Part shown: positions 43,201-50,893 of the stretch, piece after piece
Layout of the letters: each line of letters starts with the position of its first letter
How positions within the stretch are numbered: position 1 is the first letter of the stretch
Assembly (NCBI GenBank): GCA_030699905.1
Contig: JAUYKQ010000025.1
Coordinates: 1 to 55,206, forward strand
From: a bacterium
Lineage (GTDB): Bacteria > Patescibacteriota > Minisyncoccia > Phycocordibacterales > GCA-002787175
Reading direction: 5' to 3'
DNA: 55,206 bases
Made by a program: the position numbers and the translations under genes
Notes under the pieces: generated by a model
The model's input: the letters and a program-made list of their open reading frames with translations, nothing else
Database searches by the model: none
What the model was told of the DNA's origin: nothing

Positions 43201-43863
43201 ATTTATTTCGGATTTCGGATTTCGGATTTGGAATTTCGCCGTTATCGACAAGTCCTTGACTGTCTCATATCCTTGAGCCAACTCGTGTGACGAAAGCGCC
43301 GTCCCGCATCTCGGGCACCACGGCACTACTTTGTAGTCCTTATACAAAAGCCCCTGCTCGTCTATTTTCTTTACTATGTTCCAAACCGATTCTATATAAT
43401 ACGGCTTGTAGGTAACATACGGGTGTTCCAAGTCAATCCAATAGCCCACCCTCTCCGTAAATTCTTCCCATTCGCGCACGTATTTCCAAACGCTCTCTTT
43501 GCATTTTTGATTGAACTTTTCAACGCCATACTCTTCAACTTCTTTTTTTGACTTAAGCCCGAGTTCTTTTTCCACCTGTATTTCAACAGGCAGTCCATGA
43601 GTATCCCAACCGCCTTTTCTCCGCACGTAAAAGCCACGCATTGTTTTGTATCGCGGTATGGCATCTTTAAACGCTCGGGACTCCAAGTGGTGAATTCCCG
43701 GCTTGCCATTGGCGGTAGGAGGCCCTTCGTAAAAAATGAATTCCTTGCCGGAGTCCTTGTTTTTTTCAAGAGTTTTTTCAAAAATACGGTTTTCCCTCCA
43801 CAACTCCAGTATTTCTTGCTCCTTTTTTGCCCTTTCCGAGCGGACATCTTTTTTGTCAGTCAT
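40219..43863 (-). CDS. ileS: isoleucyl-tRNA synthetase (type 2-like) with a nested histidine-phosphatase domain and several word-repeat insertions
   Basis: PPTANGKPGIHH (HIGH), TTPWTLPGN, ISRERYWGTPLPVW, VMDVWFDSG, GKKMSKSLGNVIDP (KMSKS). ATG at 43863 (MTDKKDVRSE...). Confidence 0.9.
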   Translation of the reverse strand: MTDKKDVRSERAKKEQEILELWRENRIFEKTLEKNKDSGKEFIFYEGPPTANGKPGIHHLESRAFKDAIPRYKTMRGFYVRRKGGWDTHGLPVEIQVEKELGLKSKKEVEEYGVEKFNQKCKESVWKYVREWEEFTERVGYWIDLEHPYVTYKPYYIESVWNIVKKIDEQGLLYKDYKVVPWCPRCGTALSSHELAQGYETVKDLSITAKFQIRNPKSEINSKLKIQNGKPTYMLAWTTTPWTLPGNVALAVNPNITYVRIGITNQESGIKEEYILAKERIGNVLKDKEFEIIEEFTGGELVGLEYEPLYPFLAKALNPEALNPAFKVYSADFVTTEDGTGIVHTAVMYGQDDFQLGTKEGLPKYHLVNEDGTFKKETGFLSGKQVKTESTDVEIIKDLAHRGLLFAKEKYEHSYPHCWRCHSALIYFARDSWYIKMSDKKIKDKLVKENKKINWEPEYIKEGRFGEWLKDIKDWAISRERYWGTPLPVWICPQIQTGKISGSEFKIFEGEELQKTDSKQKGCGKTRVVGSFEEIFKLGAGRPLTRLILLRHGESQKNIDGIFDSERDKYPLTKEGKKQAKEAGKKLAALGVDALYSSPVLRARETADIVAENIKIKNILDDRLWEVKSGQWDGKEPQDSLINRNRLDYNGLPDEKYYLTPRGQTGESWKQVEDRMSDFVREILEKHKGETVAIVSHEGPLIFLLRYLKNLSLQEVTNLWQERRTFKRGLLGGYAEASFVYVDNSTGKELDPHKPRVDEISLICKCGGEMKRVKEVMDVWFDSGAMPFAEDHYPFKNKDYIDEKGYPADYICEAIDQTRGWFYTLHAIGVLMGKGAAYKNVISLGHLLEAKGKKMSKSLGNVIDPKEQMEKYGADALRFWMYSVNQPGEAKNYDEKTVDEIVKKVFNLADNVLQFYLLYSKDGTHNMEHATSEKGHVLDKWVLARLGQLVGEVTEGLDNYKLLEPARAIREFIGDLSQWYLRRSRDRIKEGDKEALTTLRHVLIELSKLLAPFTPFFAEHLYQSLHDTCYTLHDKSVHLEEWPKHGTWNMEHGTKMLEDMEEVRRIVSLALEQRAKASIKVRQPLNKLKVKSLKFKVGDEQMINLVKDEVNVKEVVLDDTISGEVEIDTEITPKLKEEGTVREFIRAVQDLRKKKGLNPSDSVVLKVKADDTGKAFLEKNKSEIQKTAGLKDMSFEDVATENIAIENLFFSLDI
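40575..40606 (-). repeat. in-frame word patch in ileS (aactttaa words)
   Basis: ctttaaactttaaacttttaacttttaacttg encodes KLKVKSLKFKV. Confidence 0.55.
40703..40731 (-). repeat. in-frame gttccatg x4 array in ileS
   Basis: gttccatgttccatgttccatgttccatg encodes HGTWNMEHGT. Confidence 0.75.
40764..40793 (-). repeat. in-frame gtgtagcg-family word patch in ileS
   Basis: catgtagcgtgtagcatgtatcgtgtagcg encodes HDTCYTLHD. Same words as the intergenic hairpins at 26296 and 52104. Confidence 0.7.
41072..41100 (-). repeat. in-frame gttccatg-like patch in ileS
   Basis: gttgcatgttccatgttgtgtgttccatc encodes DGTHNMEHAT. Confidence 0.6.
41620..42235 (-). other. histidine phosphatase (PGAM / His_Phos_1-like) domain nested inside ileS
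   Basis: TRLILLRHGESQKN (RHG), YSSPVLRARETADIV, VAIVSHEGPLIFLL. Canonical IleRS sequence lies on both sides, with no stop codons. Confidence 0.75.
42367..42407 (-). repeat. 17-bp perfect hairpin inside ileS
   Basis: ttgcccgtttggatttg-cgga-caaatccaaacgggcaa. The mRNA-sense 5' arm encodes conserved LPVWIC; the 3' arm encodes the non-canonical QIQTGK. Confidence 0.85.
42891..42924 (-). repeat. in-frame tandem duplication/word patch in ileS
   Basis: caggatttagggcttcaggatttagggctttagc encodes KALNPEALNPA (tandem ALNPE/ALNPA). Confidence 0.65.
43181..43238 (-). repeat. in-frame word patch in ileS (cggattt / gaatttt words)
   Basis: ttttgaatttttaattttgaatttatttcggatttcggatttcggatttggaatttcg encodes NPKSEINSKLKIQNGK. 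Confidence 0.65.
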
Positions 43864-43969
43864 ATATAGACAGTTTAAGGTATTTTCGGCCTTTTTCCAA
43901 ACGTGTACACCGGCCATGAACAACAAACCGTATGCCAATGGAACCACAGTGTTCGTTTCAGCGCAAACT

Positions 43970-45058
43970 TTACTTCACCGCGTAATTTAGCGCGGCGAAT
44001 TCGTATTGTTCAATAAAAAGTTCTTTGAACGACACTAATGAATTGAGTTCGTAGAAAACAAGCATCGCTTCCCTGTATTCGTTCTCGTCCGCGCTTCTAT
44101 ATGAGAGTGGCGCACGACCGTGAGCGAGAAGAATGGCGTTTGCCATAAGCCGCGATGTTCTCTTGTTACCATCTTCAAATGGCTGAATATAACTTAAACC
44201 CAAAAGGGCAACCATGGCCTTTGCGCACGGTTCAGTCATTCTTAGAACGGCAAGCGAAAGCGCCTCCACCGCTTCCGCGATCTGATAACCGTTATCAAGC
44301 GGCCGATATTTTGACCCGAGCACTCCGACAGGTTTCAAGCGAAATCCGAAACCGACACCCAAATCTTTTACCAGTATCTCGTGAATCTTTTCCAAATTAG
44401 CGCGAGTAAGCGTCTGAAATTCTTTTGCGTTTTCGTGGACGAAATAAAAAGCGTCTTTATGATTTAGTATCATTCTTGCCTCTGCCCTGTCGTGTCCCGG
44501 TGCTTCCTTGTTTTCCAGAATCAGTTTTTCCGTATCAAGAAGCGTATAGGTATTGCCTTCTATTTTTGACGACTTCCACGACAGTTCAATAACAAGCCTT
44601 TCCAGTTCTTTTTTTCTTATCGCCTCGGGAAGGTCTGCCGTCCGCCCTTCGTACTCGGCCGTTGATTTATTAAAAGAGGCGAGTTCGTTATCCGAGAAAA
44701 TGTCATTTGGCATCTCCGAAAAAAGGTTGAAATTGTAGCCGGAAAGTCCGAAACGCTTGTCGGGGTCAGAGGCGCAATACGACCCTGCGTCCACTTCCGC
44801 AAAAAGCCTCCCCACAACGGATATTTCATACGCTGTCGACCTGCCTTTGCCGACAGGTCTTAAAAGCCCGGTTCCTGCCATTTCCGACAGTGTTCTTTTG
44901 ACAGTAACGAGTGAAGTGCTATCCCCCTGTTTGAGTAATTCATCACGCACAAAAGAGGACCGGACCGACCGGTTTTTCAAGAAAATGGACAGGATTTTTT
45001 GTTGTTTTTGGCTTATTTTTAGCACAATCGTATCATTTAGACCTTCTAATCGTATCAT
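43970..45058 (-). CDS. Fic/DOC-family protein with N-terminal wHTH and a degenerate active-site motif
   Basis: Fic core reads IQPFEDGNKRTSRLMA instead of HPFx(D/E)GNGRxxR. N-terminal inhibitory-helix-like SSKIEGN. Track start 45076 is TTG; ATG is at 45058. Confidence 0.75.
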   Translation of the reverse strand: MIRLEGLNDTIVLKISQKQQKILSIFLKNRSVRSSFVRDELLKQGDSTSLVTVKRTLSEMAGTGLLRPVGKGRSTAYEISVVGRLFAEVDAGSYCASDPDKRFGLSGYNFNLFSEMPNDIFSDNELASFNKSTAEYEGRTADLPEAIRKKELERLVIELSWKSSKIEGNTYTLLDTEKLILENKEAPGHDRAEARMILNHKDAFYFVHENAKEFQTLTRANLEKIHEILVKDLGVGFGFRLKPVGVLGSKYRPLDNGYQIAEAVEALSLAVLRMTEPCAKAMVALLGLSYIQPFEDGNKRTSRLMANAILLAHGRAPLSYRSADENEYREAMLVFYELNSLVSFKELFIEQYEFAALNYAVK

Positions 45059-45112
45059 TTTGATACGATTAAGCAAACTCCTTATTCACAGCAGTACGAC
45101 TGCTGTGAATCA

Positions 45113-46834
45113 TTACATCTTCTCCGGCGTCTTAATACCGAGAAGCCATAGCCCGTTTTTCATCACTTGAGCAAAAGCGGCTGTCAGGGCAACCTTGTAA
45201 GGAGAAGACGGGTCGCCTTTGTCCACTATTTTTTCTTTGGCGTACCAAGAATTGAACTGGCTCGCCAATTCAGTGAGGTAAGTGACAAGATGGTGTGGGG
45301 CGTATTCTTCCCCCGCCCTTTCCACCACTTCCGGAAATCTAATCAGCATCCTGTCCACCGCTCCCGCTTTTCCTTCCATTTTTAAATCGGAAATCTCAAA
45401 TCCTAAATCTTCTTCGTCTGCTTTCTTCATCACCGCCTTCGCTCGCACATAGGAATATTGCAAATACGGGCCCGAATCCCCTTCAAAAGAAACCGATTTT
45501 TCAAAATCAAAAACAATATCTCCTCCTATGGCTTGTCGCAGTATGGAATACTTTATTGCTCCGACCGCGATAATTTCAGATGTTTCTTCTCTTTTTTCTT
45601 CAGAAAAATCTCGTTCTTTCATTTTTTCCTTAACCAAATTCTTAACCTGCTTCAAAAGCGCCTCGCCTGTTATGACATTTCCTTTTCGCGAAGACATCTT
45701 ACCCTCTGCAAAACGCATCATCCCATGACTTATATGCGTGGTCTTCCGTCCAATTTTCTCATCTACTTCGCGCAAGGCGGAGAGCACAACCTTAAAATAA
45801 TCGTCCTGTTCGCTTGCGGTTACAATTATAGACCTTTCAAGGTTTTCGTGACGTTTAAATTTTTCCGTGTTTAAACCCATCTCTTTGGCTTCGTATGTAG
45901 GCAACCCCTTTGAAGTCACAAAGACCCTTTTATGCAGTCCTCTTTTCTCACCATCAAATATGACGGCTCCTTCGCTTTCTTCAAATACTCCTTTTTTCAA
46001 AAACTCCAGCGTTATTTCCTTTCCTCTGCCCGCCACTTCACTTTCAAAAATGTATTCATCAAATTTTGTGCCCAAAACGGCGTAAAGTTCTTCAAAATGT
46101 TCCAAGCTCCATGTTCGGCCTTTTTCATATATTTTATTCGCTTCCGCGTCTGACTTTTCATAAAGAATTTTGTTTAGCGCGTCTATTTCGGCTTTATCTT
46201 CCTTGGAATTCTCATAAGCATTGGAACCGAATACATACGCTTCGCCCAAAAAAGCGGTTTTTTCCGACAACGAGTCGCTGTCTTTCGGAACGCTGTCAAG
46301 TTTATTTTTGTATCCCCAAACAGCTTTTGCGATATGAAGTCCCGTGTCGCTCGGGTAGCACATTCTCACGACCTTCGCTCCGGAAAACTCCGTCAAACGG
46401 GAGATGGATTCTCCTATGGCATTACTCATCAAATGCCCGATATGAAACGGCTTGAAAATATTAGGGTCGGTGTATTCCACCATTACTTTTTCATCCACAA
46501 GATGCTCACTTTTTCCAAACCCTTCTTTTTCCTCCAAAATATCTGTTACGCCAAGGGCAAAAACTTTTGGTTTTAGATGGAAGTTTATAAATCCCGCTCC
46601 CGCCACCTCTGCTTTTTCCACTTCTTCGGGCTGATTTGCAGTGACACGCTCTACCAAATCATTCGCGAGCTCCCGCGGACTTTTGCCGACCTTCTTTGCG
46701 TAAACAAGCGCCGCGTTTGTGGCGTAGTCCCCATGCGCCAAATCAGCCGGATGGGTGATGATTATTTCGCCTGCCGATATTCCGAGTTCGGCCAGAGCTG
46801 ATTTTATTTGTAAAATTATTTTTTCCTTTATCAT
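45113..46834 (-). CDS. argS: arginyl-tRNA synthetase
   Basis: DPNIFKPFHIGHLMSNAIGES (HIGH), GKMSSRKGNVI (KMSK-like), C-terminal DALR anticodon-binding domain. Confidence 0.9.
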   Translation of the reverse strand: MIKEKIILQIKSALAELGISAGEIIITHPADLAHGDYATNAALVYAKKVGKSPRELANDLVERVTANQPEEVEKAEVAGAGFINFHLKPKVFALGVTDILEEKEGFGKSEHLVDEKVMVEYTDPNIFKPFHIGHLMSNAIGESISRLTEFSGAKVVRMCYPSDTGLHIAKAVWGYKNKLDSVPKDSDSLSEKTAFLGEAYVFGSNAYENSKEDKAEIDALNKILYEKSDAEANKIYEKGRTWSLEHFEELYAVLGTKFDEYIFESEVAGRGKEITLEFLKKGVFEESEGAVIFDGEKRGLHKRVFVTSKGLPTYEAKEMGLNTEKFKRHENLERSIIVTASEQDDYFKVVLSALREVDEKIGRKTTHISHGMMRFAEGKMSSRKGNVITGEALLKQVKNLVKEKMKERDFSEEKREETSEIIAVGAIKYSILRQAIGGDIVFDFEKSVSFEGDSGPYLQYSYVRAKAVMKKADEEDLGFEISDLKMEGKAGAVDRMLIRFPEVVERAGEEYAPHHLVTYLTELASQFNSWYAKEKIVDKGDPSSPYKVALTAAFAQVMKNGLWLLGIKTPEKM

Positions 46835-47460
46835 AGGTTCGTAATCTCCCTAATTATTCCGGCCAACTCTTTCTTTACGACTTCCGGCTCTGCGTTCGCG
46901 TCAACTATTTTGTGTTCAACCCTCTTGGAAAATTCAAAATATCCTTCTTTTGTGCGTCTGTGAAAATCTATTTCTCTTTCATCAAAGTGGCTCTTGACTT
47001 CTGTTTTCCTGCTTATCCGTCTTATTCCTTCTTCAACTTCAACATCCAACATTATATAGATATCGGGTTTAAAGTCGCGAAGATAGACCTCTCTTGTTTC
47101 CCAAAATAAATCTTTCAAATGCCACGCCTCTTGTCCGCAAATTTGAAAAGCGTATGTTGAAGAATCAAATCTGTCAGATATTACGTTTACTCCCGCTTCA
47201 AGGGCAGGTAAAATTTTTCGCTTCATATGCTCATGCCTGCCCGCCCAAGCAAGAGCAAATTGAGTTTCGGCTGTGGCAAATATCGCGTCTTTGTCAATCA
47301 TCAAGTTTCTTATTTTTTCTGAAAACGGCGTTCCGCCCGGTTCGCGAGTGAAAATAAAATTATCGGACGGAAGCTCTTTGGCAAGCAAATTCACCATAAG
47401 CGATTTCCCCGCCCCATCGCATCCGTCTATCACGATGAATTTTCCCCGCTTTTCGTTCAT
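46831..47460 (-). CDS. tmk: thymidylate kinase
   Basis: GKFIVIDGCDGAGKS P-loop, ISDRFDSSTYAFQ. 4-nt overlap with the argS start. Confidence 0.9.
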   Translation of the reverse strand: MNEKRGKFIVIDGCDGAGKSLMVNLLAKELPSDNFIFTREPGGTPFSEKIRNLMIDKDAIFATAETQFALAWAGRHEHMKRKILPALEAGVNVISDRFDSSTYAFQICGQEAWHLKDLFWETREVYLRDFKPDIYIMLDVEVEEGIRRISRKTEVKSHFDEREIDFHRRTKEGYFEFSKRVEHKIVDANAEPEVVKKELAGIIREITNL

Positions 47461-47535
47461 GTGATAATCCTACTGTTTAAATGAAAAAAAGAAAAGCGTC
47501 CAGACAAAAGTTGTGGACGCTTGAAGAAAGTGTAC

Positions 47536-47718
47536 CTATTGGGGTTTTTTGTTTGGAGCCGGTTTTTCTTTTTCTCGCCTCTTTAATTCTGTTGTGCGCA
47601 ACCTGTTGCGCTCTGCTGTTTTGGCCTCCTGGTCGGCCAAAATTCGCCGGCGCCGACTTTCTTCCAAGCCAGACCGGACAGATTCTATGCCGGTTCTTTT
47701 ATAAATTCTCGCTTTCAT
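47536..47718 (-). CDS. small highly basic protein, unknown function
   Basis: 60 aa, with strong SD (AAGGAG 4 nt upstream of the ATG). MKARIYKRTGIESVRSGLEESRRRRILADQEAKTAERNRL... Confidence 0.55.
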   Translation of the reverse strand: MKARIYKRTGIESVRSGLEESRRRRILADQEAKTAERNRLRTTELKRREKEKPAPNKKPQ

Positions 47719-47799
47719 TGTGCTCCTTAGATTTTATGTTCACCTCAACTTCTCACTTTCCTAAGTGTATCAGACACACCAAAAATTTCTACTGGAAAT

Positions 47800-49020
47800 T
47801 TATGAGCGCAAAATTTTATCTATTTTTTTGGCAATCAATCGCATATCTTTTTCTTTCTTTCCGCGCGTGGTTTCCGCCGCAGTTCCCAGCCGAATGCCGG
47901 AAGGGTCAACTGGTTTTCGGGTATCAAACGGAATAGTATTTTCATTAACGATAATTCCGGCTCGTTCCAGTTTGTCCGCCGCTTCGCGCCCACCGATACC
48001 TTTCCCGCCCTGCCATACGTCAACGCGCAGAAGATGCGTCTCTGTCCCTCCCTCCACAATTCTCCAACCGAGCTTGGCTAATTCGTCCGACAGAGCTTCT
48101 GCGTTCTTCACTACCTGCGTAGCGTATTTCTTGAATGCCGGCGTATCGGCTTCTTTGAGGGCGACGGCCACCGCCGCGATAGCGTTGAAATGAGGGCCCC
48201 CAAAAAGACCGGGAATGATAATCTTGTCTATTTTCTTATCCAACTCACGCTCATCCTTTCGCGTAAATATCATGGCCGAACGAGGACCTCTAAGCGTCTT
48301 ATGCGTCGTCGTGGTTACGATATCGGCATAAGCAAAAGGCGACGGATAAACCTTGCCGGCAACAAGCCCGGCGAAATGAGACATATCCACCATTAAGTAC
48401 GCTTTCTTTCCACTTTGCTCAGGGTAAACCACCGCATCGGCAATTTCTCTAAATTTCTTAAAATCAACAATATGAGCGTACGCGGTAAATCCCGCAACGA
48501 TGATATTCGGTTGATTTGAAACGGCGATTTTTTTGACTTCTTCATAATCAAGTCGTTCGTCTGTTTTACTGACGCCATACGGCACTTGCGTCCAGAACTT
48601 TCCCGTCATGGATACCGGCTGACCATGCGTGAGATGCCCGCCATGGGAAAGCGTCATGCCCATAATTTTACCTTTCGTGGTCGGCTGTTGGTTGTCGGCT
48701 GTCGGTGGCAAAAGCGCCGAATACACGGCGAAATTTGCAGGAGAGCCGGAAAGCGGCTGAACGTTTACACCCCACTCGTCTTCGCTTAGACCGAAAAGTT
48801 TGAGAGCTCGTTTTCTGGCAAGGTTTTCAATCTCATCCACCACCGCGCATCCGCGATAATAGCGCCTGCCAGGATACCCTTCCCCGTACTTGTCGGTAAG
48901 CTCGCTTCCTAAGGCGGCAAGCACGTCTTTTGAAACGTAATTCTCCGAAGCGATTAAATTTATCACTCCCTTCTGCCGCTTTTTTTCAGCATCAATTAGT
49001 TTTTTTATTTGTTTGTCCAT
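47800..49020 (-). CDS. glyA: serine hydroxymethyltransferase with two short in-frame insertions
   Basis: ATG at 49020 (MDKQIKKLIDAEKKRQ). LIASENY, HGGHLTHG, VTTTTHKTLRGPR (PLP lysine). Confidence 0.9.
   Translation of the reverse strand: MDKQIKKLIDAEKKRQKGVINLIASENYVSKDVLAALGSELTDKYGEGYPGRRYYRGCAVVDEIENLARKRALKLFGLSEDEWGVNVQPLSGSPANFAVYSALLPPTADNQQPTTKGKIMGMTLSHGGHLTHGQPVSMTGKFWTQVPYGVSKTDERLDYEEVKKIAVSNQPNIIVAGFTAYAHIVDFKKFREIADAVVYPEQSGKKAYLMVDMSHFAGLVAGKVYPSPFAYADIVTTTTHKTLRGPRSAMIFTRKDERELDKKIDKIIIPGLFGGPHFNAIAAVAVALKEADTPAFKKYATQVVKNAEALSDELAKLGWRIVEGGTETHLLRVDVWQGGKGIGGREAADKLERAGIIVNENTIPFDTRKPVDPSGIRLGTAAETTRGKKEKDMRLIAKKIDKILRS
48681..48708 (-). repeat. in-frame word patch in glyA
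   Basis: tcggctgttggttgtcggctgtcggtgg encodes PPTADNQQPT, inserted into the conserved ALL.PGD..LGM block. Confidence 0.6.
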
Positions 49021-49292
49021 AGAAATATAATGTGAATCCACGAATAATATGCGAATACTACGAACGCGCGAACCGATAAGGGGGTTACAACATAACAGGG
49101 TGAAAATTAATGTTTCCAAATTGTACCACCAAAGGGCAAAAAGAAAAGATGGTCTATTATCGCAAAAAGGTGCACTGAGTATATTCATTTTTTGTGAAGT
49201 TTCTGCGTACACCCTCCGTCCACGACACTGGATTCGGCGGCACGTGTCCGTAAACTCGTACTGATTCACCTACTACCACATGTAATATATCA

Positions 49293-49329
49293 CGAAAAAT
49301 CCCCAAGTTTTCTGCAATAAAACTTGGGG
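49293..49329 (-). terminator. intrinsic terminator after the GC-rich ORF
   Basis: ccccaagtttt-ctgcaat-aaaacttgggg, followed on the minus strand by ATTTTT. Confidence 0.7.
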
Positions 49330-49381
49330 ATGTGGACTAAATCCAAAGGGTCTAAAAGACCCAAGTGGATAAGTCCGAGGA

Positions 49382-49993
49382 CTAACTTGCGAGCACCGCC
49401 ACCCGATCGTGACGATCGAACCCGTAATCGAGCCAGCAGTAGTACAGGTTCCACTCCGCACCGTCGCGGTAGAGAAACCTCACGCAACGGCCACCGTCCG
49501 AGTGGCGGAAAACCGTTTTTGGAAAAACGATCACATTCACGTCGCACGGAAGATACTTCCAGTTTTCTGGCTTTGAGTAGAAATCGAACGCGCAAGCGTT
49601 CATCGAGTCGAGTTTGTTAGCCCGAGCGATGAATTCTTTGCAATCGATATTTTCTTCGCCATCTTCGAGCACCTGTGCGGTTGTGAGTCGTGCCGGGTCA
49701 ACGATGCCACAAGGAGTGTGTTCAATGATCGGGTTTTGCTTATCCGCCCAGTCGGGGATTTCCGGCTGGACGTTGCAGTTGATGAAACTCTTGACGAGCT
49801 CCAACGCCTGCTGAAGCAAAGCGAGGACGCCGTTAACATTAAGGATTCCTTTGAGGAACCTCTGGCGTAGTTCGCTTTCGCGACGGGTGTAGGTTTCCAC
49901 CTGTTGGGCGGTGGGTTTCTGGTTTTTCCGATCGTCTGTAACAATTTTCGTCGTCATAACAATCTTCTTTTTTTGTTTGCCCGATGTTTTCAC
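49382..49993 (-). CDS. GC-rich orphan protein; C-terminus related to that of 53897-54700 (start GTG 49993 or ATG 49957)
   Basis: 203-aa ORF. C-terminus VIVFPKTVFRHSDGGRCVRFLYRDGAEWNLYYCWLDYGFDRHDRVAVL. Confidence 0.55.
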   Translation of the reverse strand: MKTSGKQKKKIVMTTKIVTDDRKNQKPTAQQVETYTRRESELRQRFLKGILNVNGVLALLQQALELVKSFINCNVQPEIPDWADKQNPIIEHTPCGIVDPARLTTAQVLEDGEENIDCKEFIARANKLDSMNACAFDFYSKPENWKYLPCDVNVIVFPKTVFRHSDGGRCVRFLYRDGAEWNLYYCWLDYGFDRHDRVAVLAS

Positions 49994-50248
49994 AGCGGGC
50001 GGTTTTTGTTTTTTACTAGAACCACCACATTAGTAGTCATAGCCCTCATCCGCGGAAATCAGCGTTTTACTTGCCCCGTTGCCGTCTTCGGCCTTTCGGG
50101 GTCTGCATTTCTTTCTGCACTCATCCGCGTATAGGGGCTATGACCACTCGCCTACCTTCGTTAAAACTTCGGCAAGACAAAGCAAGTCTTATCAAAAAAC
50201 TATACCTTCTATTTTATAGTATACACCTAAACGTCATATTTGTCAACA

Positions 50249-50271
50249 TACACACATTTTGGACGGCCGTC
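50249..50271. promoter_or_regulatory. 23-nt box abutting the -10 of the PaaX-like gene; repeated in its terminator
   Basis: tacacacattttggacggccgtc is also present at 50899-50921. Confidence 0.5.
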
Positions 50272-50277
50272 TATAAT
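50272..50277 (+). promoter_or_regulatory. -10 TATAAT, 6 nt before the ATG (near-leaderless)
   Basis: gtcTATAATgagtgtATG. Confidence 0.45.
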
Positions 50278-50283
50278 GAGTGT

Positions 50284-50853
50284 ATGGGCAGAATAGAAGA
50301 AAATTCAAAGCGGAAAAATCGCAAAGGGGAAATTCAAAAAATGATACTTGGAAGCATCGCGGCAGTGGGAATTGTCGGCACGGCGCTTGTAGCACCAAAT
50401 GTCTTGGGAGCGATGGCCAAACTCGGAATCATAAGCACTAAAAGGCAGAGAGAAGTGGTAAATCGCGCTCGCACTCGCCTGCTTGAAAGGGGCTTGCTTT
50501 GCCAAAATAAGAATGGCTTTCTTGAAATCACGAAGGCCGGAGAGGAAAAACTGCGCCAGCTGAAACTCGCCGACTTTAAACTTAACAAGCCGAAAAAATG
50601 GGACAAGAAATGGAGGATACTTATATTTGACATAAAAGAATGCCGGCGGAAAACCCGCAACCAATTACGACAAACTCTTCGCCTTATAGGATTTGAAAAG
50701 TTGCAACAGAGCGTTTGGGTATATCCTTATGACTGTGAGGATCTTATCGCTCTTTTAAAAGCCGACTTTATGATTGGAAAAGATATGCTCTATATTATAG
50801 CGGATGAAATAGAGGGTAGCGGCCGACTCAAAAAAATCTTTAACTTAGAGTAA
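50284..50853 (+). CDS. PaaX-like transcription regulator (wHTH plus PaaX_C-like domain)
   Basis: VVNRARTRLLERGLLCQNKNGFLEITKAGEEKL, then KKWDKKWRILIFDIKECRRKTRNQLRQTLRLIGFEKLQQSVWVYPYD. Confidence 0.65.
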   Translation: MGRIEENSKRKNRKGEIQKMILGSIAAVGIVGTALVAPNVLGAMAKLGIISTKRQREVVNRARTRLLERGLLCQNKNGFLEITKAGEEKLRQLKLADFKLNKPKKWDKKWRILIFDIKECRRKTRNQLRQTLRLIGFEKLQQSVWVYPYDCEDLIALLKADFMIGKDMLYIIADEIEGSGRLKKIFNLE

Positions 50854-50893
50854 AAGTTGAATTGAATAAAAACGGTAACTCCCATGTTTCTCA

